NCBI GenBank assembly: GCA_001804885.1
Contig: MHBM01000307.1
Location: 28,111 to 75,522 of the forward strand
Origin: Lentisphaerae bacterium RIFOXYA12_FULL_48_11
GTDB taxonomy: Bacteria; Verrucomicrobiota; Kiritimatiellia; UBA8416; YA12-FULL-48-11
Direction of reading: 5' to 3'
Length of the DNA stretch: 47,412 nucleotides
Both the position numbers and the translations under genes were made by a program. Below, one piece after another: positions 13,950 through 24,400 of the stretch (position 1 is its first letter; every line of letters starts with the position of its first letter). Under the pieces are notes generated by a model. The model did not search any database and was not told where the DNA came from. It was given only the letters and a program-made list of their open reading frames with translations.

Positions 13950-14931
13950 TTGCCGGTTGGCATATGTGAACGGCTGTAACTCTTGAATCAACCGGAGTAA
14001 GAGAATATTCGTTTATTGCAGCGGGTATCAGGCAGGAAGTGCCTGGAGGCAGTAGCTGTTTAAAATCGTTTGTCTCTATTGCCAGGAGCCCTTTGGCTGT
14101 AAATAATATGTTGAAACCATGGCAGGTGTTTTTAAGGACTTCTCGGGTTTCGAGTTTCAGCTTCGAAATCATGAAGTAGGGTGACGAGATAACATTTTGC
14201 ACCTGATTCCCTCTGGTGTTGATCATATCGTGTAGCTGTTTTAGCTGTGGATTCTCGGCGGTCCAATTTATTGTTTGCAGGGCTTCCTTAATGTGAAGCT
14301 CTCTTGGATGGCCGTTTTTATCGATTCTATTCCAGTCGTATGCTCTGTAGGTCGTATTTGAATTCTGTTGAACCTCGAGGATCAAGCATCCTTCTCCAAT
14401 GGCATGTACAGTTCCGCCTGGTATATAAATTGCATCACCTTCCCGGACGGGAATTGCGTTCAGAAGGTGCTCCACGTTGTTTTCCTTCAGTGCCGTGGTG
14501 AAATCCTTTTCGGTTGTGTTCTCTTTTAATCCTGCAAAAAGTTTTGCGCCTGAATCCGCAGAAAGTATATACCACATTTCGGTTTTGGCTTCGGCGCCCA
14601 GAGTTTCTGCCGTTTTGTCGTCGGGGTGTACCTGAACACTCAGACGTTGTCTGGCGTCAATTACTTTGACAATAAGGGGAAATGCCTTTTGATTCTTTCC
14701 CGGGCCTAGTAATTCGTTAGACATTGTTTCAACAAGCTGGTGGAGACTCGCGCCTGACAGTATTCCGTTCGTAACCACACTCATCCCATCGTTGTGGTCT
14801 GAGATCTCCCATGATTCAGCACAGATTTTTGGGCAGGATGAGCGTTTATAAGTAGTTTCTATCTTGTTACCACCCCATATATAGTCTTTATATATGGGTG
14901 TGAACTGCAATGGATAAATTGTTTCTTTCAT
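13939..14931 (-). CDS. manA: Mannose-6-phosphate isomerase, class I
   Basis: IWGG, AESWEIS, FPLIVKVIDA..RLSVQVHP, KTEMWY, PGGTVHAIG, EVQQNSNTTYR.YD and RELH; start MKETIYPL at 14931. Confidence 0.92.
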   Translation of the reverse strand: MKETIYPLQFTPIYKDYIWGGNKIETTYKRSSCPKICAESWEISDHNDGMSVVTNGILSGASLHQLVETMSNELLGPGKNQKAFPLIVKVIDARQRLSVQVHPDDKTAETLGAEAKTEMWYILSADSGAKLFAGLKENTTEKDFTTALKENNVEHLLNAIPVREGDAIYIPGGTVHAIGEGCLILEVQQNSNTTYRAYDWNRIDKNGHPRELHIKEALQTINWTAENPQLKQLHDMINTRGNQVQNVISSPYFMISKLKLETREVLKNTCHGFNILFTAKGLLAIETNDFKQLLPPGTSCLIPAAINEYSLTPVDSRVTAVHICQPAIMA

Positions 14932-15011
14932 CGGATAGAAAATATAGTCAGGGAGTTCTGTACACAAGAAAAAAGGTTGAATTCCTGCTCTCTTGTGGTA
15001 ATAAATTCAAT

Positions 15012-15584
15012 ATGTTTACTCGACTCGTTTCCAGGATTCTTTTGTTTGTATGTGTGATGGTGCTCTCGGGCTGCATAACGCTTGTAGAGGAAGGATCTCT
15101 TGGCGAACAAAAGGCCGAAGTGGATACGCTCAAGTCTGAAGTCCATAGGTTGCGCGATCAGGTTACAGAAATGCGGCAGTCTCTTTCGAAAATTCAGGAA
15201 GAATTGCAGAGTGAGAATAATTCACATAACAGCGAGGTGAAGGATTCAAAGAGTAGGATCGATGAGATCGAGAGGATGCTGAAGACAGTGGAAGCCACCC
15301 ATGATCAAATGAAACGTGAGATTGTTGATGATCTTACGAAGAAGATAGAAAAAATTGGCACGTTCTCAGGAAGCGCTTCGAATAAATCCCAGGGTAGATT
15401 CGGTGCTTCAAGGACCGAATCGAAAAAGCCGGAACGGGGATATGAGCATGTGGTTAAGCAAGGGGAAACGCTTACCGAGATTGCGTCTGCTTATAATGTT
15501 AGCCCTGCTGTTGTCATAAAGGCGAATAATATTGCCAAGCCTAATGACCTCAAGGTAGGGCAGAAGCTTTTTATTCCGGAATAG
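15012..15584 (+). CDS. Lipoprotein with coiled coil and C-terminal LysM domain
   Basis: Lipobox LSGC; heptad region; HVVKQGETLTEIASAYNV...KANNI..PNDLKVGQKLFIP. Confidence 0.88.
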   Translation: MFTRLVSRILLFVCVMVLSGCITLVEEGSLGEQKAEVDTLKSEVHRLRDQVTEMRQSLSKIQEELQSENNSHNSEVKDSKSRIDEIERMLKTVEATHDQMKREIVDDLTKKIEKIGTFSGSASNKSQGRFGASRTESKKPERGYEHVVKQGETLTEIASAYNVSPAVVIKANNIAKPNDLKVGQKLFIPE

Positions 15585-16518
15585 GAATTCTCCATTCGAT
15601 TGAACGGTCAAGTCCTTCTGGTTTCATGGATACTGTCATTGTAGATATTCCTGTAAGTATACGTGGTTGTGCGGAAATCTTTTGTAGTTGAGTTCTTGCG
15701 TTTTCTGTTCTTTCTGAGGAAAATATCATTTTATTGGTAAAATTGAACCAGCCTACTTGAAGTGATGTCAGATTTTCTTTTAACATGGCATTTTCGCTCA
15801 TAAGTGATTGAACTTGTTGTTCCATCTTAGATAGTTTCTCATCGTAAACTGTAACACGCGTTTTGAATTTGTCAGCTGATTCTTCGGAGGAAGATCCCAT
15901 CTCTGTCCTGATTTTGACGGTTTCCTGGGCGAGGCGCTCGGACAGGGTTTCGGAATCCGTTTTTGCTTTCATGGATATCGATTGAAGCTTTTTGACCTCA
16001 GCCTGAATATTCTGAAAATCTTTCCTAAGGTTTTTTAACATGAACATACCACCTGTAATGCTCACGCCGACTATCAAAAGAAGAAGGAAAAGGTATGATA
16101 TAGACATTATCAGGATTCGTTTTCGCATTATTTCCCGTTCATTCTCCAGAAAGTCCTGAAATGCTGAAAGGACAGGGAGATTGTCCAGAGTTTTATCTAG
16201 TCCAGTTGATACAACTTTTGCAGGTCTCGCATTCCCAACTTCAGTTCCTGACGTCACAGAGTTTGTTACATCGTTTGCCACATGTGGTACGGATGAAAGA
16301 GTCGGTGTTTCTGCCGGGACATAACTCGTTTCGCTTTTTCGGGGTGGGGGTACATCTGGCGTTATGGATGGGATCAAGCGTGAGTTCAAGCCCTGTGGCG
16401 GCGAAGGGATCTCGGACGTTGTATTGACTATGGGGCGAGCTGCAGAAAGCGGGACTTTTTCGGTACCTGAACGCTGCCAGACTATTTGCTGTCTTATAAT
16501 TTTTGGAGGCAAGTTCAT
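15571..16518 (-). CDS. Hypothetical single-pass membrane protein (Pro/Ser/Thr-rich N-terminus, coiled coil after the TM)
   Basis: 315-aa ORF 24 nt downstream of the giant coiled-coil gene; TM segment ILIMSISYLFLLLLIVGVSITGGMFML. Confidence 0.7.
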   Translation of the reverse strand: MNLPPKIIRQQIVWQRSGTEKVPLSAARPIVNTTSEIPSPPQGLNSRLIPSITPDVPPPRKSETSYVPAETPTLSSVPHVANDVTNSVTSGTEVGNARPAKVVSTGLDKTLDNLPVLSAFQDFLENEREIMRKRILIMSISYLFLLLLIVGVSITGGMFMLKNLRKDFQNIQAEVKKLQSISMKAKTDSETLSERLAQETVKIRTEMGSSSEESADKFKTRVTVYDEKLSKMEQQVQSLMSENAMLKENLTSLQVGWFNFTNKMIFSSERTENARTQLQKISAQPRILTGISTMTVSMKPEGLDRSIEWRIPIPE

Positions 16519-16542
16519 GGCTCATTATCCAGATACAGTCGA

Positions 16543-19500
16543 TTACCTCAACCTCATCCATGGCCTTGGCCTGAACAATGATTTAGGCGGAGGTTGTTCT
16601 TTCGGCTGAGGCGGCTCTTGCTGCGGTTCTTTGACTGGTGCTTCAGTCACATTTTCTTTGGTGTCGCGCCACGTCTGAAGTTCTTGTTGCGCTTCGGCTT
16701 CCAGAGCGGCCAGAGAAGCAGGCGGGGGAATATGATCTATCCTGTCAGGTTCAGCAGTTTTTCGTGCATCTTCCTGCCTTTCAAATGTATTTATCCTGCG
16801 GAAGGATGACTGTTCTGGTTTTGGAACCGGGCGAGTCTGTTCTGTTTGAAATTGTTTTTTATACTGCAATAGTTCGCGTTGGGCCTGTTCGAATTTGTTT
16901 GCAGCACTTCTCCAGTCTTTCTGCAACTGCTCAACACGTTTGGAGAGAACCTGTTCCTTGTTTTTCCATCGGAAAGATTCATCATCATAAATCTTTTTCT
17001 GTTGGTTGAGCGCCTGGTCTTTCTGTCGCAGGACGCCCGTTGCATCCTGTATTGCTTTCTTGAACTGGATAATTTCAAGTTCTTTCTGCCGCCTTTGTTC
17101 CCTCTCTTCGTCGTAAAACTTCTTCTGCTGTTCAAGCCTGACGAGCGTGGCGTCGCGTTCCTGTTGCAACTGCTCAAGCTGTTGTTGCAGATCTTCAATC
17201 TTGAGCCGGTGCCGTTCCTGTTCATCTTCGAAAAGGATCTTTTGCTGTTCAAGTTCGTGCGACGTTTTCTCCAGTTCTGTACTCAGCGTTTTGTGTTCTT
17301 CCCTCATCTGTTCACTTTGAAGGTTGAATTCTTCCTCACGCTGCTCACTGCGTGACTTCTCATCTTCAAATAGTATTCGATGCTGCTCGAGTTCCTGGAG
17401 TGTTTCCTCCAGTTTTCTCGCAAGGACACGGTGATCTTCTGTGAGCTGTTCGTATCTTGATGCAACCTCGTCATGTTCGATGATACTACGTTTTTGATTT
17501 TCGCTGAAAAGCGTTCTTTCCTGCTCAAATTCTGTGGAAATCTGCTGGCACTTGGCCTGGACATCCTTGTATTGCAGTTCCTGCCTTGCAATCTCTGCTT
17601 CCAATGCCTGCTTGTGTTGCAGCTCCTGTTCAAGTGCTTTCTTCTGGATGGAGATTTGTTCTTCTTTTTGAATTGTTTTCTGTTTCTCGTCTTCGGCAAT
17701 TTTTCTCAGCTGGGCGATGTCCTGTTCCCTTGCTCTTCTGATCTTCTGTTCTTCCTGAAGCAATTTGCGCTGACGCTCCATTTCTTCGGTCTGTTGTTGT
17801 GCCCTGGATTTCTCCTGGCTGGTCATTTTCTGTTGCTGATCAAGCGCTAGGGCTATGGCTCTGTACTTGTCCTGAAGGTCCTGCATCAGTCTCTGGTAAT
17901 CAGCTTCCTTCTTGTTGCTGATTTCTCTGGCCGAATCGTAGAGCTTCTGAAGTTCAGCAACTTCAAGCTCTTTTTGCCTTAGGACGTTTCGCATATTGTC
18001 TAGACCGGCAGAAGCTGACTGGAGCTTTTCAAGGAGCATTTGGTATTCCTGCTGGAGCCTCTGCATGCTTTCCTGGAACTCGGATTCCTTGCGTGATAAA
18101 AGATCCTTGGCTGACTTAGCCCCTTCACGTTCTCTTTCCAGTTCACGAGTCGCCTGTTCCAGCGCGGTAGTAACAGTTTCCAGACGCTGGTTTAGCTGTT
18201 CTATTCGTTGTGCGAGGGCCCGTTCTTTTTCTTTTGCTGTTTTGTCATTTTCGACAGAACGAGCCTTTTCGTTGTCGAGGACTTCTTTTGCTTTCTTGAC
18301 CTGCCCATAAGCTGTTTCAAGTTCTTTCTGGAGCTGCTCGACCTGTCCCTGGAAAATTCTTTCCTGTTCCTGTGCAGTGATCTGACCTGATTTGGTTATT
18401 TCGGATACTCTTGCAAGTTCTGCGCGCATCTGTTCCAGAGCTGCGGCTGACTCCTGTGAGTCAATATTGATGTCTGAAATCTGTTGCTCGAGGTAGGCCT
18501 TGTCCTTCTGTAGGCTTTCAATCTCTGCAGACAGGCTGCTTTCTTTCTGTTTTGCGTCCCATTCAAGCTGGTCAAGATGTCCTGCGGATGAAGTGTAAAG
18601 TTCCTGGAGCTCGTCCATCCTGCGCAGGTATTCCTGCTCCTTTTGTTTAAAATCCTCTGCAATCTGATCGTACATCAGCTTTTGGTTGGCTAGCTCTTCT
18701 GCGGTATGGCGGGCCTCATTTGCCGCGTCGTCTTTCAGTTTAGAAAGTTTTTCGAGTCGAATCTGGCTTTCTCCGAGTTTCTTAAGAAGTTCCCTGGCTT
18801 CATCCTGAACCTGATCAAGTCTCTGTGCCAGCTCGTTGTCTGTTTTGTGACTTCGTTCCTTCAGCTCGGCGATTATTGTTTTATTCTGTTCCAGTTCCTG
18901 CTCGGACCTTGCGAGCTTTGTCAGATATGATTCATTTTCGAGCTGTACCTGCTGGAGTTGTCGCTGCAGGGATTTTTCCTTTGCCTCTTCGCGGTGCTTT
19001 CCGTCGCGCTGACGGGATCTCTCCCTCTCCAGTTCAAGTTCCAGTTCTCTGATCTTGGCGAATGCAGCCTGACGTTTCTGAAAGAGTTCCTTCTGCTTGT
19101 CGAGGTCAGCGCCGGCAAATTCCTGAAGATGTTCTATACGCTGTTTGTAAACCGTTTCTTTCTGGTTGAAGGCCATTCTGATGGCCTCAAAGAGCGACTG
19201 TTCACCTCTCAGTTCGTCTTCGGTTTTCGAAAGTTCTTCAGTTAAAAGTTGTTTAAACTGCTCTATTCTGTGTGAAAACTCCTGATGTTGTTTCTGAGAT
19301 TTTTCACGCAAAGCTTCAAACTGTTTTCTTTCGCTCTCGAACTGCTGCCGTGCCAGTTCAAGTGCTGTTTGGGAGTCGTGAGCTTTCCTCTGGAGTTCCT
19401 GCATGCGGAATTTAAATTCATTCTGGGCACTTTGGTTTTGAGATTCGAGATTAAGAGACTTCTCTTTTTCTCTTCGAAGTTCTTCGTTTGCTTTTTGGAG

Positions 19501-21411
19501 TGCCTCGGTTGCCGCGTGTGCTTCTTTCTTCAGGTTGTCAATACGCTTCTGCAGTTCTGACTCCTTGCGATCGACTTCTGTTTTTGTATCTGTATGGTGC
19601 GATCGTTCCTCTTCAAGTTCCAGGCTGGCTTTCTCTAGTAATCCTACGTTATACTCTGATTTCTTTCGCAACTCCTCTATTTCACGTAGAAATGATTGTT
19701 CTCTGCTGATGTTCTGACGCTGCAAATTCTCGTTCTCAAAGACCTGTTGTCGCAGTTTTTCTTCGGCATCGTTAAGCCTGGCTGTCGTTGCGTCCATTTC
19801 GACGTGTAGTTGTTCGATTTGCCTAGAGTATTCAGCGTCTTTCTCTGCGAGCTTCTGCTGTGCATTTGTCTGGAGAGATCGCGAGTGTTCGATTTCCCCT
19901 CTGGCTCTTTCTACTTCAAGGCGAAGTAGCTCTTCTTTTTCACTGCTTTGACGCTCCTGTTCGTTCTTTTCATTTTGGAGGGATTTGAGGTTCTCTTCCG
20001 CTTCGCGTACTCTTGTCGATGCGGCATGGATATCTCTTTGGAGCTGCTCAATTTTCTGGCCCAGTTCTGACTCTTTCATCCCAATTCTGGCCTGGGCCTC
20101 AGTCTGTATTGTTTTTGCGTATTCCAGTTCGCTCTTGGCCTTTTCGACTTCTTTCTTGAGGATTTCTTCTTTTTCCCTGCTGAGATTGAGAAGGTTCTCC
20201 TGCGTTTCGATCTGCCGTTTTAGCCTTTCTTCTGCATCACGCAGCTTGGCGGTACCGTCTTCAATATCGTTCTTGAGTTGTTCAATCTGCCGGTTGAGTT
20301 CGAATTCGCGATCTTCTGATTTAGAGTGTACGTCTGACTGAGACTGCTTGACCTGTTCCATCTCAAACTTGATTTTGTCTATTTCCAGTTTAAGATCGAT
20401 TTCTTTATCAAAGCTCTGTCGTAGAAGTTTTTCGTTTTCTCCAAGTTGAATACGCAGCTGTTCCTCGGCGTCGCGCAGCTTGGAAGATGTTTCCCGTGCC
20501 TGTTCTTCAAGTTGTCGTACCCGTTTGAGCAACTCTTCTTCTCGTTCTTTTGCTTCTTCGAGAGCGGTAATATTTGCCGGCCTTGATTCTCCCTCTAGCC
20601 AGTCGATCTGGGGTTTAGGTGGCGCTGTCTTTAATGCTGCTAGTTCTTCCTCAGCCTTTTGCAGGTTCGATGCCAGCGCATCTCTCTGTGCTTGGAATTC
20701 GTCAACCTGTTTTTGAATGGCGGATTCGGCTTCCTCTCGCTCTTTACGTGTCTGCAGGAAGCTGGAACGTTCTTTTTCAAAATCCTTGCGTGTTTCCTCT
20801 AAAAGTTCTGTAACCGATTTGGCCTCTTTGGATATTTTCTCAATGCGGGCCGTTAACTCTGATTCACGCTTCTGATGTCGTTCTGATTCTTCTTCCAGTT
20901 TTTTCTTCAGATCTTCACTTGCCGACTGCAGGGCTACAATATTTTCCGGGGGTACAACCTCGGAAACAGACGGGGTGGGTACAACATTAGTTTGGGTTAC
21001 CGAGGTCTCGGGTGCTGCCTCGGGTTCGTTCTGCAGGCTATCGGGAAATATTATGCTTTTCTTTTGCAGAATCGATGATGTCTCGTTTGTAATTCTGTTA
21101 GTAATCTTAGCATTCTCAGGTATCGTACCATCCTGTATCAGTTCTGCTAGAGAGAGGATATTGATTGGTCCATAAGATGATCCATCGGAGAGTTCCACCA
21201 ACCATTGCATTTCGAGGTCGGGAATATCTTCAGACCTGATCCAGTTGTTCTGGTCTTCGGAAAGGAGGTTGCCTGGGGCAATCCGACCCTGTTCTGCCCA
21301 TGATTTCAGCATGGTGGACTCGACAGGACCAAATATTGACCCGTCATCTATCTTTAGGTACCAGTTTGTGACCGGCACGACCCCATCTGTCTGCGCTTCT
21401 AATGCAGGCAT
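16543..21411 (-). CDS. Giant coiled-coil protein with two N-terminal GYF_2-like domains
   Basis: WYLKIDDGSIFGPV..LKSW..QGRI and WLVELSDGSSYGPI..L..LIQDG.I, then about 1350 aa of E/Q/K/R/L-rich helix and a Pro-rich tail. Confidence 0.85.
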   Translation of the reverse strand: MPALEAQTDGVVPVTNWYLKIDDGSIFGPVESTMLKSWAEQGRIAPGNLLSEDQNNWIRSEDIPDLEMQWLVELSDGSSYGPINILSLAELIQDGTIPENAKITNRITNETSSILQKKSIIFPDSLQNEPEAAPETSVTQTNVVPTPSVSEVVPPENIVALQSASEDLKKKLEEESERHQKRESELTARIEKISKEAKSVTELLEETRKDFEKERSSFLQTRKEREEAESAIQKQVDEFQAQRDALASNLQKAEEELAALKTAPPKPQIDWLEGESRPANITALEEAKEREEELLKRVRQLEEQARETSSKLRDAEEQLRIQLGENEKLLRQSFDKEIDLKLEIDKIKFEMEQVKQSQSDVHSKSEDREFELNRQIEQLKNDIEDGTAKLRDAEERLKRQIETQENLLNLSREKEEILKKEVEKAKSELEYAKTIQTEAQARIGMKESELGQKIEQLQRDIHAASTRVREAEENLKSLQNEKNEQERQSSEKEELLRLEVERARGEIEHSRSLQTNAQQKLAEKDAEYSRQIEQLHVEMDATTARLNDAEEKLRQQVFENENLQRQNISREQSFLREIEELRKKSEYNVGLLEKASLELEEERSHHTDTKTEVDRKESELQKRIDNLKKEAHAATEALQKANEELRREKEKSLNLESQNQSAQNEFKFRMQELQRKAHDSQTALELARQQFESERKQFEALREKSQKQHQEFSHRIEQFKQLLTEELSKTEDELRGEQSLFEAIRMAFNQKETVYKQRIEHLQEFAGADLDKQKELFQKRQAAFAKIRELELELERERSRQRDGKHREEAKEKSLQRQLQQVQLENESYLTKLARSEQELEQNKTIIAELKERSHKTDNELAQRLDQVQDEARELLKKLGESQIRLEKLSKLKDDAANEARHTAEELANQKLMYDQIAEDFKQKEQEYLRRMDELQELYTSSAGHLDQLEWDAKQKESSLSAEIESLQKDKAYLEQQISDINIDSQESAAALEQMRAELARVSEITKSGQITAQEQERIFQGQVEQLQKELETAYGQVKKAKEVLDNEKARSVENDKTAKEKERALAQRIEQLNQRLETVTTALEQATRELEREREGAKSAKDLLSRKESEFQESMQRLQQEYQMLLEKLQSASAGLDNMRNVLRQKELEVAELQKLYDSAREISNKKEADYQRLMQDLQDKYRAIALALDQQQKMTSQEKSRAQQQTEEMERQRKLLQEEQKIRRAREQDIAQLRKIAEDEKQKTIQKEEQISIQKKALEQELQHKQALEAEIARQELQYKDVQAKCQQISTEFEQERTLFSENQKRSIIEHDEVASRYEQLTEDHRVLARKLEETLQELEQHRILFEDEKSRSEQREEEFNLQSEQMREEHKTLSTELEKTSHELEQQKILFEDEQERHRLKIEDLQQQLEQLQQERDATLVRLEQQKKFYDEEREQRRQKELEIIQFKKAIQDATGVLRQKDQALNQQKKIYDDESFRWKNKEQVLSKRVEQLQKDWRSAANKFEQAQRELLQYKKQFQTEQTRPVPKPEQSSFRRINTFERQEDARKTAEPDRIDHIPPPASLAALEAEAQQELQTWRDTKENVTEAPVKEPQQEPPQPKEQPPPKSLFRPRPWMRLR

Positions 21412-21491
21412 TATCTACCCCTGAAAGTCTTGTTCTAAATAAATTGTGTCATTTGATATTGCGTTAGCAACCTTACACCGTCAAGCAGATT

Positions 21492-24400
21492 TCAGTTTTC
21501 CCCCCATTTTTTCCGCTTCGCGGTGAGATATGGGGATGGATTTACAGCAACATAAACACTTTTTTCGCCGAATTCCTGCTCAAGTTTGTGAATCAATTCT
21601 TCACCTGGAAATACACGAAGCGATGAGGCGGTCTCAACAAATACTTTTTGTCCGGTTGCGTGTTCCATGCATATTACAACTGGTGTGAGACCAGGGTGCA
21701 ATCTAAGCATGTTCTTGAGTTTTTCCATCTTCTGTTGTTCTGTTGTTGAGACCGGAAGGTGTATGCTTAGTTTGGTTGCAAAATGCCTGGGAATTTCGGC
21801 AAGAGGGTATATTTCCTGAGCTACCAGCTTGGGTGGCTCCTCGCGTTTTGAAACGTCTCCGCAAACCATAATGGCTGAATCTTTAATTATCCTGGCCTGA
21901 TATTTCTCGTAAGTTTCCGGGAATACCAGCACTTCCATTGAACCATCCAGATCTTCAATTACGATTCTGGCCCATGGCCGTTTATCTTTTGAAAGTTTCT
22001 TTTCGAGCTGGGATATTATACCCCCGAGCCGGGTAGGGGTACGGTCCTCCAAATCTTTCAGCTTATGTACAGTAGTCAGCTGATATCTATCCAGCAGAGA
22101 TGCAAATTTGGTAAGAGGATGCCCGCTAAGGTATATACCAAGGAGATCCTTTTCGTTGGCTAGAAGCTCGCTCTCATGCCAATTAGGACATTCAGGGAGA
22201 TTTTCATCCAGAGCAGCGGGTGTATCGGTGCCAAGCATCTCAAAGAGGTTGCCTTGGCCGGAACGTTTGTCGCGGGCGGCCTGTGCAGCGCGTGACATTG
22301 CAAAATCAATTGCTGAAAACAGTTTTGCCCTGTTCGTATCAATTGAATCAAAAGCACCAGATCTTACCAGGCTTTCAATGACCTTCTTGTTTACAGCCTG
22401 TCCATCGATCCTGGAACAGAAGTTTACCATTCCTGTAAACCTGCCGTTTTTCCTGCACTCTGCAACTATGGCTTCGGATGCGCCTTCACCAACATTCTTG
22501 ATGCCGGCAAGACCAAATCTAATTGCCTGCTTTAAAGGCTTGAATCTCACGCTGCTTTCGTTGATATCAGGGGGTAGTATCTTGAGGTCCATCTCAAGTG
22601 CTTCGTTTGCGAAAACAGGCAGTTTGTCGGCATTACCTATTTCACTTGATAATAATGCCGACATGAATTCGGCAGGGTAATTTGCCTTGAGATAGGCTGT
22701 TTGATACGAGATTATGGCGTAGCCTGCGCTATGTGCCTTGTTGAATCCATAGCCGGCAAACTTGGCCATGGTATCGAATATTTTACCCGCCTGTTTTGAA
22801 TTTAATTTGATGGTCTTGGCGCAACCACTGATAAACTTTTCGCGTTGTTCCTCCATGACCTCGGGTTTCTTTTTACCCATGGCTTTTCGCAAAATGTCGG
22901 CTTGGCCGAGAGAGTAACCTGCAAGTACATTTGCTGCTTTCTGGACTTCTTCCTGGTAGAGCATTACGCCATATGTTTCCTTAAGAACGGATTCAAGCAG
23001 GGGATGATCGTACTCAATCTTTGACTTTCCGGTTTTACGATTCACGTAATCGTCCAGCATGTTCATGGGACCAGGCCGATACAGTGCAATCATTGCGATC
23101 AGGTCCTCGATCCTGTCAATGCCGACCCTTCTGATAAGGTCTCTCATCCCTGGACTTTCAAGCTGGAACACTCCGACTGTATCGCCACGGTTGAAGAGTT
23201 CATAAGTCGGCTTGTCATCCATAGGAAGGTTCTCGACATCGATGTAATTGCCCGCGGTTTCTTTCACCAAGTCGACGCTTTCCTTTATTACAGTAAGAGT
23301 CTTGAGTCCCAGAAAATCCATTTTCAGGAGGCCTATTTCCCCGAGTGGTTCCATGCTGTACTGAGTGACCGTCTGTTTTTCTTTGTCACGGCTCAGGGGA
23401 ATAATCTCTACCAGAGGTTTCTCCCCGATAACAACCCCTGCCGCATGGGTACCCTGATTCCGGTAGAGACCTTCAAGAACAAAGCCATAATCCAGTATTC
23501 TTTTGCAGTCAGCATTTGACTGGTAACTTTTTTTGAATTCCGGATTTATTTCCAGCGCTTTTCTCAGATCCATATCAGGATCTTCAGGTACCATTTTGGA
23601 TAACTTATCGCAGTCACTGTATGGAATTTCGAGTACTCGCCCCACATCACGTATCACCGTTTTTGCGCCGAGGGACCCGAAGGTTATGATTTGTGCAACA
23701 TTCTCTCTGCCGTACTTGTCCTTCACGTATTCAATGACTTCTTCGCGACGTGCCTGGCAGAAATCTATATCAAAATCAGGAGGGGATATTCGTTCAGGAT
23801 TGAGGAAACGCTCGAAAATCAGGCCATACTTGATCGGGTCAATTGATGTTATGCCCAGGGAATATGCCAGAAGGCTTCCGCCGCCGGATCCGCGGCCTGG
23901 GCCTACGGGTATATCTGAAGATTTTGCAAAATGTACAAAGTCCCAGACAACAAGGTAGTAGTTGATATAACCGGTCTTTTCTATGATCGATAATTCATAG
24001 TTAAAGCGCTGAACAATTTCTTTCTCGAAATCATTTGTCGGGTGATCGAAATTCTTTAATCCGTATTTATGTTCAAGACCTTCTTTTCCGAGTTTGATCA
24101 GATAGTTCTTCTGGTTGATACCTTTTGGGACTACAAAAGTGGGGAAATGAAGTTTGCCGAAGGTAAGTTCGACGTTACACATTTCTGCAATTTCGAGGGT
24201 GCGGTCTATGGAGCCAGGAAATTCTTTGAATAGCGGCTCCATTTCCTCCCGTGTCTTCATGTAAAATTCTTCTGTCGGAAGGCGCATCCTGTTCTGATCA
24301 CTCATGACCGTCTGGGTTTGGAGGCAGAGCAGCACCTCGTGTGCGGAAGCATGTTTTTTTGCTATGTAATGAACATCATTCGTCGCCACCAGGGGAATTC

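Noticed and set aside
16594-21175. Many F/L/S-rich plus-strand ORFs that look like membrane proteins
   Set aside because: Reverse complements of E/K/Q/R codons of the giant coiled-coil gene.
16543-21411. SMC or chromosome segregation annotation for the giant protein
   Set aside because: No Walker A/B, signature motif or hinge visible.
22108-23958. 190-aa and 141-aa plus-strand ORFs
   Set aside because: Antisense shadows of dnaE.
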